The notes under the pieces: generated by a model | The model's input: only the letters and a program-made list of their open reading frames with translations | What the model was told of the DNA's origin: nothing | Databases searched by the model: none | In this document: piece by piece, positions 39,614 to 54,600 of the stretch | Numbering within the stretch: position 1 is the stretch's first letter | Layout: the number at the start of each line of letters is the position of its first letter | Position numbers and translations under genes: made by a program | Assembly: GCF_037042905.1 (NCBI RefSeq) | Contig: NC_087251.1 | Location: 9,612,001 to 9,676,000, forward strand | Length of the DNA stretch: 64,000 nt | DNA from: Lytechinus pictus | Taxonomy: Eukaryota | Direction: 5' to 3'

Positions 39614-42600
39614 CATCACCATCATCATTATCATCACCATCATCATCATCACTATTGTTAATCCTGGAGGTATAACTTCCCAAAAGGAAAGCTCCCAGAG
39701 GATACCTTACCCAAATAACTACAACCATGAGGACAAGTACCCAGTTCCTGTTATGGGGTGGATGTCCTGTAGCCTACATAACTTAAAATAAGATACTAAT
39801 GAATTAAGATGTATCATACCTGTGGTAGCAATTATAGTGAAGCCATCTCCACAGCTTGCTGATACTACATGTTTGCCAGTAAGAACGCCTTTTACTTCAC
39901 ATATTCCTGATCTTCCTTTACAATCTCCTACACCTAACTGACCATATTGATTGGAACCAAACATGATCAAACGACCGAAACCTGTAGAAGTGATAAATCA
40001 AGGAGAGAAGCTACATGAAAGGGGTTTTGTAGTTTAGGCATTTTAGATCAGGGAAGCTTCTCATGAAACATCTTGTCAATGAAAATCACCAAAGTTTCAG
40101 TTTGCAAAGAATTGGAAGTGATGCGGCAAAAAATCATATCTGAGATGGTTTGGAAATACAGCTATCTTTCTGAAGTGATTGAAGAATGATCGTGTCTACA
40201 TTCAAATCACAGAGGAAGAGTTAACTTTTTTCATCTATTGAATCTAAAAGGTGATTAGTTGTTTTATATTCCACATAAGAAATTATTTAAATATAGAAAG
40301 AAAAGAGACCATACTTCTACAAGAAATAACACCTCAACATAACTTACACTGCTAAATTTAATTCAAATGCGTATGCAAGTGTGATTGGGTGAGACAGTAC
40401 ACAGGGCAATAAACTTTCATAAAAGACAGTACAAAGTGCAACACTGTAATACCAAGATGCTACTATTCTTTCATTTTGAGCATATTCCACCAAATATACG
40501 AAGAATTGTCTTATAAAATCATTATGATGACAAAATAATAATCAAATTACAGGACAAAAAATATAATTTTTGAATAATTTCTAAATGTGCTTTAATTTCT
40601 TTCAGTGAAAGAGATAAAAATAAACTACATTTCCATTTCTGATCAAGTTAATGGATCATTCAATTCATTTGGGTATCATCAGTATTGACACTCCAACTAA
40701 AAAAAATCAAATTTGAATCTAAAATGAAAGAAGAAATATAATAACTCAGATTTGTTTCTCTAATGAAACTGAATATGATCAAATTATCATGTTTCCCTTT
40801 ACTTACTATCAATAGTAGCAGAGTGTGTATGTCCAGCTGAAATAGCCTTGATATTATATCTGTTAAGAGGTTTCACTAATGTAGGTACATCCTTATAAGG
40901 GATATCATAGCACTCCTGTAACCGAAATAGAGAAAACAAATATCATAAATGCTTTGATTGGTCAACTTACTGGATTTAATAACGACATATAATTCATTTC
41001 ATCATTGTTTTTTCCCGTGTTTTATTGATAGCGAACCACTTGCTCCCTTTACTTTATTTATGGTTTGTATATGTTTGAATAATCGAGATGTCAAAAATGA
41101 ACATTGTTCAAGCCAAAACCATTCAATTTCCATATACTACCTGACAATCAGGGAGCCTTCACACCTCCAGGGCTGTAACAGGACGTGTTGCAATCAAACA
41201 CCATTCCAAATATCACACATAATTTCATTCATCCGATCTTAAAGGTACATTTTTCAAAACCATTTGCTTTCTTCAAATACTTGATTGCATGTTAATATGC
41301 AATAGGTCCCTGAACTCCTACTCTTTTGGTGCTTCTGCACTGGTTTGCATACAAGCGATTGTTTTTACCTTGACTATTCTCTTCCTGAGACCAGCTGTGA
41401 CGGTGTTGAATCCTAATCTATTATGTTCATTGCTACCACAAGCATACATCTTGCCATCAGTGGTAAGGAAGAATGACCCTTCAGAACCAGCACAGACTGT
41501 CTTGATCTCCTTCTTACCTTGGAATGTTACCTGGATTGACAGAAACAGCAAAAGCATAAAAAACAAATCCTTTTTATTGTTTGTAGTTTTTAAGATTACA
41601 TAATTCACTAAATCAACTGATAGTTAGCAATTTGGGCTAACAGGAAAAGTGCAGTATAAAGAACAAGTACTAATAATAACAAAGAGAAAGAAACAGAGAC
41701 AAAGATAAACAGAGACATATAGAAGTAATTGATCAAATGAGAGGGGAGTCAGCAATAAAATGGGGAGAGGGAAAAGTTGAATAGAGAAGACAGGAAGACC
41801 GGATAACAAAAGAATAGAAAAAGACAGAAAAATAGAGAACAGTAGGAACAGACATAGAGAAGTGGGAGGTAGGAAGAGGGGGAGAGAGAGAAAAATATTA
41901 ATAAAATAAAGTTTAAAGATACCAATGAAAGAGTTCTTTTCCTACTAACAAGCAGTTATATCACCATTGGCAGTGATTGGACATGCATATCAAATTCTTA
42001 CATTATATTTTAATGACTTTATAGTTTATCTATGTGATATCTAGTGAGAATCCAAGCTCTCTGTCCAAAGAAATTAAGTTACTTTGCACAATATGTGACA
42101 TCAAATAACATCTAATTAATGAGGTGTTATAGCAGCAATGTATTATTCTTGTTTCACTCTGACACATAAAATTTAAAATTGTCAGATGCAAGGTTTTCTT
42201 CTTTGAAATTAAAATCTCATTCAATAAACTAGTGAGAGAGGGAAAATGGCCTTAAAGTGTCCCTTGAAAATTGTATGATACCTCATTATTCTGACAGTGA
42301 CAGCCGAAATCAATGGTCATTCACCGGGTGAACATATCAAGGACATGCTGTTACAGTATCTACTCTTAATATCCAATCTTTAAAACATGCTGTTCTTCAG
42401 AGACATTTGATTTTTAAGATAAATGGGGTAGAATAGCCACATTTCCTTTTCTTAATTGCTAGTTTCCACCTGCACTGCTTGCACACAGTGTATCTTAGTA
42501 ATATCATAACTATTCAGCAGAACACAGCCATTGCCATCAAAATTCATGAACATACACTTTATAAAGATAACCTTTAGACAAGAGAATACCCCTGAAAGTG

Positions 42601-45600
42601 GATTTGTATAGCTGATGATAAATGATGCCCTTTGTATTCTCTCTACTTAAATTATATATGGTTATTGTTTGGAGCCCAGACTTGGATATATGAATGGCCT
42701 CTACTTGCTCCTATATATTCTATAATTGTTTTATATATATCTCTGTGTGTATTCATTTTTGTTTATGAGGAAACAGATGAATGAAAATTGAAAATAAAAT
42801 CAAATGATACAATATATCCTTCAACATAAAAATACATTCTTTAAGTTTTCTTTTTAAGTTTTGTATTTGCTGTTATTTACTAGATATAGAATGTTAGAAA
42901 TGTGTCATAGATTTACCTTCTGAGGCAGCCTACAATCATCTTCAGTGCCAATTCCAAGCCGTCCTGTTTGATTAAAAAAAAAGTCAATGAATCAACTTTT
43001 GTTGAAACTATATACTATAAATACCACTGAAACGTGAAACATATCTCAACTTACAGGCAGATAAATTATCTCATCAAATTCAATTTATAAACACAGATCA
43101 AGAACATTCAACCCACACACTCTACATAATAAACATACATAATAAAATATTGGCACTCTCCAGTGGACATATCACACTGAATTAGCAATCAATCAGAGCA
43201 CATATTAACGATTGCTTTATAAATCTCTAAAAAATAATTTGCCAAATTTCTCACACTTTAGGGTTAGGTATTTAATTTCCTTGATTATTCAGATTTCAGA
43301 GTATTTATTAATCAACTGGATACAGTCCAGTACTGGAACATTTTTTTTTTATATCAATGTCTTTTTTAAATCTTTGATGGAAGAATGCCATGTAGCATAC
43401 AGGGCCTCTACTAAAGTCTCCATTCTAACCTAAATATAAAAGTGTTTGACTACTATGTATTACTAATTATTCATTACAGTTAATACAAGCAGGTAAACAA
43501 AGGACATAAGACTCACCAAACTCTCCACATCCCCATGAGTAGACCTGTTTGTCTTGAGTCAGAGCTAAGATGTGATTATCACCACATGATATCTTATCTA
43601 CAGGTCTCTCGTCAAAGAATGATACCATGATAGGACTCTTCACTTCTTCCTCATCGTTGTCATCATCATCTTCGGGTTCATAGTCCTCGCCTCTTCCTAA
43701 ACAACCATAGTAGTCTGAGCCAAATGTGTATAACTTCCCTTCATCTGAAAAAAAGGGGAAAATATATAATAGGCAAATACACGGTGCCATGAGGCCAACT
43801 ATCTAGAAAAAAATCTATTCCCAGGCACACTATTATTATTACACCACCTGTAGGTTGCGCTGCCATTTCTGATGCTGCATATTCACTGAATTAATCCTGC
43901 TGGGTACCTATTAACCTCACCTGAGTTGAGTGCAGCACAATGTGGATCGCTTTCTTGCTGAAGGAAATTATGCCATGGCTAGGATTTGGAAACACAATCC
44001 TGTGTTAAAGTCCAGAGAATAATCCACTGGGCCACAATGTGACATAAAGAGACATTAATCAGTAAGTATTCAAGTTCACACAAATAAAAAACATAGAAAT
44101 TTGTTCCTGTCCTATACAGACAAATCATGAACATGACTCCATTCCTATCTCTGAAAAACAGACACAACTTATGACCCACTCTCAGCCTTAAACACAACTT
44201 TCCAACTGCACTTAGTGGCTTAGTGGTAGTGGTCCGCCAAAATATTATTACATAGATTAGTCCTAACACAAACTGAAGTAATACAAACTTACTACAATGC
44301 ATAAAAATAACAACTACTGTTGATTTGTCATTAACTCTAATCATAACTTCTATGGAAATCTTCATCAAAATTGGCCATCGAGAAATTTAACCATGGTAAT
44401 TACCACCAATGGCAGGGTGATCATTATCTGGTATATAATTTCTCTTCAAACAGAATAATTATTGAATAACAATTGAATACAAGTACATTTCATTACTGAC
44501 CTGTGACACAAGCGGTGAACTCTTCCCCGCATGATACTGCCTTGACCGGTATACCCTGCAGCTTTTCAACCTTTTTTGGAGCTTTGTAACAAGCTGTATC
44601 TCCGTGTCCAAGCTGACCAACTAACTCTTGACCACCATGGACATTCTAAACACATGGTCAAATAAAAATCCAAAAAAGAAATATATGTTGAACCTATGAT
44701 ACACAACAATCATGTAGCTTTCAAAATAATAGAAAAACTTAAAATAAGTCTGTACTATCTGACATGCAGATAATGGTGGATCAGTCTCCAGATTAATAAA
44801 GAAATATATCAAACAGAAATGAATCTGATGAAACCTACAGCTGATGGAGAATATTAAGACACTTCCCAAATTCATGAATATAATGTATGTTACTATGATG
44901 CAACAAGTCCCTGAATGGATCAGTTAAATATGACCTTAGTGATGGAAATTCAGCAGACTGGTTTAGTCAATTGCCAGTAATATGCAATAGTCACTATAAA
45001 CTGGAGTCCCTTTGAGTTAAACATAATTTCTGGCATGAGGTTCAGTTGTGGAAGTAAAGGTCTCCATATGATTAAAAAATGTGGATTATAATGCAAGAAT
45101 TAATGTATGCATACTGTGAGATTTTTAATAACAAAAATATTCAGTAAATGTCTCTACGTTCCTGCAAGTCACATGCACTTCACATAAAAATGAAATATGA
45201 CACTATATACTACTAATTATTTTGATTGATCATTTCAACAAGGGTTTTGGAGGTGCCATATTAATATTGAGGCATCCAAAAGTAAGCCATTAGCAATTGC
45301 TGTTTTACTGAAATATTCCGCCTAAATATCATGAAGAGACTGAAAAAAGTGAAATCACAACAATTACATAATGTAAGCCATCCTATAAAGTAACCTGATA
45401 TACTTACAGCCCAAGTAAAAATTTCCTTCTCTACAGTGACAGCAGCAAAGTGTGAGTGGCCTGCTGCCACTTGTAATGCTCTGTTTCCATCTTTGAATGC
45501 TTCAAGCTTCAGAGGAGTCAGGCGACCCCCACCCCAGTAAAATACCTATAGATATAAGTAACGAAACAAAATACCCCATCAACAATAAAAAATAATGTAA

Positions 45601-48600
45601 TATTTCTCTCTATATCAAATCAAATTGAGGGTAACTCAATTCGAGTGTTTATAACTGATAAAAAAAATCTACTGTATGTCATTTGAAGTACACATCAATC
45701 ATTGATTCAAAGGCAATTGGATACTGGAAGCATTTTCAAATACTGTTACAAAACCTTATACTGGTCTGATTTAACATACTTTAAAACAAAAGTGAAGGCT
45801 GGAGCTCAGCTTAATAGCAGCAAATCTCTTTTCAACAACATTACAATGTATGAAAGCAATACAATTGTTTATCAATCATTACCACTGTTAGTAGGTTAAT
45901 GACAGTATGAGGAAGAAAGTACATTAGACATGACTCATCAACACACTGGAAGGAAAGCAAACTTTTATTTCAAAAACCATTCCAGTTTACATTCATCTCA
46001 AATCATTTGAATTAGTCATTTACAGCCTTTAAATGTTACAATATCAATATGCATATAAAGCAATCATATAAAGATTATGATGGGGAAAATATTGATTTAT
46101 AGATCATGTCAATGCTGACTTAGCAATGAAAAACTACAGATAGATCAATTAATTTTATAATAAAGAAAGTGGCATTGCATTGTAAGTTTATCATTTTCAG
46201 AACACAGCTGCATATGTGGAGTAAAAATAATGTGATCTAATTATCTATGGTTTGGGTCTATTTATTATTCTGCACATATATATGCACCTGGGATCAATGT
46301 CAATTACTAAACACGTACACCTATACAGTGCATATCAGAAAATAATGAAACAGAGAACTGACAATGTTTTATCACAACATTGTATAGCATATTGTTTCTT
46401 CTTCAAATTTCTTCAGATGCAACTAATGTGGTGCCTTATCTACAAATGAGTGAGTAAAACATATACAGTTGCGCTAAAAAATGTGTAAATCCCACCACAA
46501 AATGCATTCTTTCGTGTTGAATGTAGACAACAAAACTATGTTTGGCGAGCTCAAAGAAACAATCTTTATTGAATATAATATTTTATCACCTGACTTCACA
46601 ATTAACTATCTAAAACATGGCAACACTTAAACTCTTTAAATATGTTCATTTTCTGGAGGGGTTCACTAACTTTTGAGCACCACTGTAAGAAGAAAGGATA
46701 TCAGAAGTTGTTTGAAGTACATGTATGGTATCAAAATTAAACAAGAATATCACAAAAGTTCCATATTTGTTAATGATATTGATATACCTCCATCAAAGAA
46801 AATAACCAATGAATAACCAACCAAGATTTGATTCTTGAGACAGCTTGAATTTTCATAACTTCATTCAACAAACAAATGTAGACTGGCTGCTTACAATAGC
46901 AACAATATAGTAAACACTTACGCATGGCTGATCGTCAGCAAAACTGAGTGTCAAGTCTGACAGCTAACGTGCAAAAATAAATGCTTCATGAAATTATGGA
47001 AATTTAAGCACTATTTGAAAAAAATTGTGAATCTAAGATTCATACCTCACTGTTTGTGAAAGTAACAACTGGTACCGTTTCTGCTTGGAAGCTGCTTTGA
47101 CTTTTAGCTTTCCTCACTATGCCATTCAGCTCCCAAACCTTCCTTTCTCGTTCTCTATCAGAAAGTGTGTAAATTATATTGTTGAACAATGTAGACATGA
47201 CACAAATAGGTGAGTTCCAAATAAATGAAAGTGGTGTGACTTCATAACTAAATTTTTTTTATTTTTTATTCTAGGTAAGATACTCTTCTGTGTAAAAATA
47301 AAATTTGTTTTATTTGTTAATAGGTTGTTAATCATTCATCGCTGGACCAAATCACTCCTATAATGACACTTAAGATATTTTGCAATGGTTGGTAGGTAAA
47401 CATAATTTCAGGAGCTAATGCTGATGCTCATCTCTTCAAGAGTAATGAAAAATATATAAATAAGATTTGGCTCTAACTCTTTTCCTGTTGAATATGAAGA
47501 GATAATTCAATATCATGGATGAGTGAGTACACACTGAAATGAATGGCAAGATATTGGGTAATGTTTCTTGTGAACATTTTAAATGAACACTTTATACTTA
47601 ATGAAAGGTCAATTGATCAGGCACAACTTCAAGGATAATTTCAAATTTACACACAGATACACACAGCTTCTTGCTTATTCATTTGGTGGAAAGTTATATG
47701 CACAAAGTAACTCTTCAAAGTAACTAGGTTCTTGCCACAAATTTGACATACAAAGGTTTTAACTGTCTTTAACAAGCACCCCCCCCCCCCAAAAAAAAAG
47801 AGAAAACTATTATGATAATAATGGAATAAATAAATAAAAATATAAAGAATAAATAAATAAAAATAAGAAAAAAATACATTAAAAAAAACAAGACACCATA
47901 CCCCTCCCCTCATGAAAATTGATAAATAAAATGGATACATTACATATATGACAAATTATGAAAGAAATAAACAGTCAATTAAGAAAAGAAAAATTGATAA
48001 ATAAGCAAATAATACATTTCAAAGACTATAAAAGAAATTGAATATTAAATCATGAATGCATACATTTATATTATAAGATACAAATTGATAAAGGCTAATG
48101 AAAACAAATAAAATAACATAACTGTATATTTATGTTCAGAAAAAAAGGACTCACTTTTTCTTGTCATTCAGCAATGGGTTTGCCATGATTTCAGCAGCAC
48201 TTGGTCTCTTTTCTGGTTCCTAAGCAGGAAGATTTCAAATGAACTTTGATACTTAATTCACTACTGCATCAGAATTAAACTGTCAAGAAAACTGGCATAG
48301 TAACAAGATATACATACATCAACACAATTAACATTACTTCATAGATACTTTCCACATCTCAAAGGTTCTTCATAAACTAACAAAACAAAACAAAAATCAA
48401 GAAATATTAAAGGAAAAATATGACTAAATACTTGAAATATATTGATATGGCATTGTTGCTATGCCAACACTGTTCATATGTCAACACCAATTAGAGGTAG
48501 AGGGTGTTTTGTTTCCCCCTTGTCAGCCCACACTAGATTTGTCACCAAGGTCAGCCAATTCACCCTCATGTGTGGTATGAATTCGTCTTCAATCTAATGC

Positions 48601-51600
48601 CTTCAACAATTACTTTCTCACAAAGTAACAACTGTATGTACCATTCTTTTAAGCATAAGGCTGTCAAAATTTTCAAAATAAATCTTAATGACTGTCTTGT
48701 GAAATTGGTTTGTAACATTATGCACATTTAATCGTTTAATGTGAGTAGCTCCTAATTTCTTGAAGTTCTATTCATGGGGAAAATTATTTTCTACATTCAT
48801 GACTACATCCCTATGATCTAGGATACCCTAGGTAGCACCCCTAGCACCCCTCCCTCCCCCCATCCACTGGAAGTGCCAACATAATAAACATACAAGAGAA
48901 CAAAAACCCCAAAAAACAAAAAAACAGTAACTTATGAATAAATAAATTTAGGTAACAATCACAAAATCCTTTAAGTAAGAGGAATAGTTTTTACATATTT
49001 TCTCTCCTGTTTAGGAATTCAAGAAATCTCTTTATTTCAAAGTAGTACCTTGGCTAGGAGTTGTGTAACTAAGCTGTGCATCTCTTTGCTGTATCGTTCA
49101 TCAATATCCTCATGTTCCTTCTGTACGATCCCCCATACAACCTTCAACTGGTTCTAAAAGAGCAGGAAAAAAAATTGTTATTCATTTATCTCTCTCACAC
49201 ACAAAAACATATATTTTTCTACTCCTCAACGATTTATAAATCAACCAAGCAAAAGAGTAAAATTACATTCAACCTGATGATAAAGACAATCCACTGCACT
49301 TAATCATAATTACTTATCAAATGTTGGTACTAAATGTAATTCCTGAATAATTAGAATGGATGCTAAAAAAATCAAACTTTGATTTAATCTCTACATGTAT
49401 ACTTATCACCTTTTCTTCAGAATAAAAAAGAAAATCTCACCGAAGCCTCAAATACTCTTCTGAGAGTGAGAAGTTCATAAAGCACACATCCAATTGCCCA
49501 TATGTCACTCTTAGCATTGTATCTAGGATAAAACACAATATATACTATATGATATATAATAGAAAATATTAAATTGAAAAGTCATAATATTTCATTACAT
49601 GTATACTGTTGGAATTAGGTATTATGATGGATATTTGTTCGTTCTATGGCAGAAGGGCAGTAGATGAGTCAGGCTCATAACACTCTTTTGAATTGATCTG
49701 ACAATCTAACCAACCACATGAACAGGGTAAACAATTTTCAATTTCATATAAAACAACTTGTTTGCGGAAAAAATATGTGTAATTACTTAATACAAATTAC
49801 ACTTAACACAGTTTGTAACTTATCCTGTGAATACTAAAGGATTTAATTGTAACAATTAAAAACAAATGAAATTATATTTTTCATTGATATCAAAGACAGA
49901 TCTATGGAAAAGTAGCAAATCATAATTTTTTCTACTTCACAATACAAAATACCATCATACTCATTTGCTTATTTTGAGCATAAAAGCGCTGAGGTAGAGA
50001 GTAGTCCGACTTGTTGAAAAATCTAAACATGTAAATGAGAGCTATTTGTTCTCCTATTTGTAATTCTACTATTTCCTAAGTTACTTACTGCTGTCCTTTT
50101 ACTAATTCTGGTGACATGTACAATGGAGTCCCAACAACCTGTTTTAAATTTTAAGAACAGAATACATAAAAGTAAATTAAATATTCAAAACATGAACATT
50201 TATTACCTCATTATATCTAGACTATCGAGACAAATTTTTTTTGGATGTGTACATAAAAGAAGTAAACAACCATCCAAATACTATTACCACCCCATCCCCC
50301 CCCAAAAAAGAAAATCCTGTACATGTAGGTACCGTAGGTTTCATGAGCCCAATTACAACAGGAGGGCTAAAGATATTTGTCGACCCAACCCATTCGATTT
50401 TTTTTTCAATTGATATTGCTCATTGACAAAAGTGTATGAATATAATTGAAAATCTAACACTGATTCTAGAAATGGTAACTACTGAACTTCCTTTGCCCAA
50501 ATTGGGAAGATATAAAATGACTTTGGAACCATTTTTTTGCTGGCGGAAGAATTAGGGCTATTTTACTGTTTCAGTTGATAAATTTGATCCCATCATAGTT
50601 ATCTTCATAAATTGCGATTTTATTTTTTAAATGAGCTGGCTACGATACCCTTCTCGGGTCAGATATGGAATGTCAGATATACATCCTATCCAATGGTAGT
50701 AAACATTCGACCCTCTAATTTCACGTTTATTTTTTATCAATTTTTCAAAAGAACCAATTAACACACAAGTCTATGGGGAACGTTTTACGCGTGCGATGCC
50801 CGTAGGTGATTTAAATCAGAATTCCTGTTGGACTGAGAATAGTGTCACAATTAAATTATTGTTTATGGGGCAGTCACATTTCCCCTACAGCGGCCATAAG
50901 GCAAGTCGAAAACAGCAGTTTCTAACATTATTTGTACCAGCTACATAGGTGGATTGAATAAAAATAAATAAAGCAGCTGTTTTCGGGAAATGACTGCACC
51001 ATTAACAATCACATACAAATAGAGTGGACACACCTTATTTTATCATTTCCATTTAATAATTTTAATACTAGAATGTACATAGTAAAAAAAAGGCAACAAA
51101 GGTTTTTATTTCATTAATTATTGAACAATTCAAAATGGAAGAAATAAGAAAATTTGCTGCTTACTTCATATGCTGTCATTATTACATGTATGCAATGAAT
51201 GAGCCATTAACGTGATGTCTACACATTCATTTTTCTTTTTTTATATAATTCTTTGTTATTTCCCTTGCTTCATGACAAAATGATTTATTGATAAACAAAT
51301 CTATATTTTACATTCTTTGCACATAGAATGTAAACTCCAGGGTTTTCTTACCGTTTCTGCCATTTTATCATCCCCTAAAACTCTAGAGATGCCAAAGTCT
51401 CCAAGCTTTATCAATCCAGATTTCGTCAAGAATATATTGAGTGTCTTAATATCTCTGAAACATATAAGTGTTATAAGAATTTCAAATAGATAATAAAAAT
51501 TTACTATAAGTTAATGTACTCTACTCAAAGTGTACATGCTACAGATGTGTAATATTACAAATAAAAGAACATCATTGATGGCTAAATTGTTAAACAGGAA

Positions 51601-54600
51601 CATGTATGTTGCAAAGACTTACAAAAAATGATTTCAAAGGCTGCAGTATATTTTCAAGATAATGAACTGTGTATGATCTATGATGTGAAAGTTGTGGAAA
51701 TACTGTACAAATTACAAGTGATTACCTGTGAAGGACATCTATTTGATGAATATATGCCACAGCAGCAACAGTTTGGAACAGATACCATAACACCAGCTGA
51801 AATGTCAAAGAAAATCATTTATGTTTCCTTCAAAACAACTTCTCTCAATTGAAAATTATGAAAACGAAAAATGGCCCTGAAAAACGCAAAATAGCAAGTC
51901 AAACTACAGTGTACTTCCATTAAGTACTTTTATGACATTGGAATTGTAACAAATTTTATGACTAAAATAAAGCATCAATACAAATCAAAATTAGCATACA
52001 CATTTACAAAATCTTGTGTATTTGATACAATGGGAATATGACAAAGTTAAAAACAACAAATACCAAGAACTACCCTTTAGCTTACTATACTTACAATGTA
52101 GAGTAATATTGATTTTGTTTGGGACACCAGAAGCACACAACCATAACACATTGACAATTGTTAATGGGGTGACATACACTATAAAGGTTATCGAGGTCAT
52201 TTCTACAAGCTACACAACCCTTTTGTGTAGATAGTTTGAATACAAAACAATCACACAAAACTTGAGACAACTTGTTATCAAAACAAAACACCAGTTTTTA
52301 CAAATTTTGTCTCTATTTTCACTTGCAATTGATAATATTTTTGCAGCATATGTAGCATGTGCAACTAGTGTATAAATGAGAAATTATGAGTTTTCTATTA
52401 ATACAGGTATGTCTGAACAGAAAAATTGATGGGAATCATTACCTCTTCTTCAAACAGTGTACCATCTTGATGAACAATTTTCTCATAAAGGGTGCCTCCT
52501 GAAAATGAATTAATGATTTCATCAATAATATTCACTTTTAATCCTTTCAAGAAAGGACTACATGAGTGATATAATTTAAAGTATAAATCAGTCAACTAGA
52601 ATTCTGGTTTTCACAGGATGTGAAACAGTTTTTTTTTTCATTAATTAACAGTCCAAACACGATGATAATACAACAAAAAATCTATCAATTTTCAATTATT
52701 TTGGGGAAAAACACCAACATCACTAATATGCAAAGCTTTATTTCATTTCAATCATATTTCAAATACAAGTTTGTAGACAATCTGAACTACAATATATTAC
52801 AGGTTTACGGCCTGGACTTGGGCTCAACAATTTTATTTTCTTTCATTGGATAACAATTCTGCAATATGAGAGAAATACACTATGTTTTGTCCAAAAGTGG
52901 TTATACCTAAGAATGTTTCCAAAGATGATGATGATTCCAAAAGCCAGCTCTTTCGTTTTGTACTTGAGCATAATAACAAGTTTCTACTACAAGAATGTTA
53001 AACATGGCAAATTTGCCTTCTCACTGAAACAACTTAGTACAACCATCTACATGTAATAAGTCCTCACTCTAACATAATTTGATGCAAGAGAGAGAATCCT
53101 CATTCTCATATGAATATGGAAATGAATGATACAAAAGATGGTGGTCATACGGAAATACAGCTTTCCAGTAGCAGTATTACCAATTACTTTGGAACAGTAT
53201 ATTGTTTGCTTATTTGAAGTTTACTTTCATAAGCTTTATTTTTGATTGATTTTCAGTCTTTGATAACCTTAAAGCATCAAGGAAAACACATTCAATTATT
53301 ATTAAGAAAATGAACATCAGCGTCAAATGTTTTGTATAAAATAAAGCAATTACACTATTCATATTTTTTATATTTCAAAAGTTACAAGTTGTAATTTTGA
53401 TTAATGAATTAATTTGATTTTTAGAATTTATAATGAAATTTATTTTCCTCATAATGTTTGTATGTATATAATGGTATCATGCTATAATTATTATCTGTAT
53501 ACTGTCTTTTAACTTGAAATGTAATATGTTAGACAATCATTGTATTTGTAAGCATGCTAAAATTTCAGCCATTTGGCTGCCATGTATGCAATTGATCTTG
53601 TCAAATAAATATCATTATTGAATTGAATTTTACTGTTACACAGAATTTATTAATAGTGTAGTAGGTTTCACGGTACACCATGTATCTTTCTTGGGCAAGT
53701 GTCGGTCCTGAAAAAGACCACCCAAACTTAACTGCTATGCTGACCTGTATGTCTGTATTCAAATTCATTTTTGAATGAACTGACCATTGGCATACCAGTA
53801 TACCCAGTTGTTGTGTCCAGATGATGAATTTTTGAAATTCATGATTTGGAAAAATGTACAAGCAAAGTTTCATCAAATTTTTAGTAAAAAATGTTAGGAA
53901 AGATCATAGAGAGCAAAATAGAAAAAGTGTCCGGACATCCGACCCCCCATCATACTCCATTTCAATGAAGAGTGATGGAGTTTGGGTGGTCCTTTTCAGG
54001 ACCAACACTTGCCCAAGAAAGATACATGTACATGGCGTAGTGGAGACCGGGGTTAGTTGGAACGTGGGGTAAGTTGAAACATTGTAATTTTCTTTAACGT
54101 CTTTAAATAAATTTCTGCAATACTGCCCTCAGTTTATTGCCATTATCAACAGCCATCCACCATATTACAGACAACACATGTGCAACAAGCCTGGTGAAGT
54201 TAGAAAGGAATTTTTGTTTTTTGACCTTCTGAGTAATTTTGTTCTCTTTCAGAAATGTTTTATTATTTCAGAGAAGTTTATAGATCAAGTTGGCCATTTT
54301 GGGGGTATGATAGACACTTGTACCAAGCTACAAAATGAGGTTATTAATATGCCATGGTGAAGTCCTTTTTTTGTGCTGTAAGCTTATAAACGTCAAATGG
54401 GCCTCCGGGGTTAGTTGGAACAAAATTGAAGGGGCTAGTTGAAACATGTTCCAACTTACCCCAAACATAATTATGAATAAAAATATATAAAGTATTTCAC
54501 ACTCTTCTGAACATGTATTGTATACCATGCTTGTTTTGTTTATCAGTTACATGTAGGTCTGAGTGTGCATTTAAGGCCTATTGTAGGCCCCTAATGCAAT

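Noticed and set aside
39481..39728. Poly-Asp and poly-Ser ORFs as an extra NEK9 exon
   Set aside because: This is a (CAT)n microsatellite; exons 17 and 18 join in phase without it.
44850..44865. ATATTAAGACACT match to exon 5
   Set aside because: Only ~13 nt, AT-rich and on the opposite strand; expected by chance.
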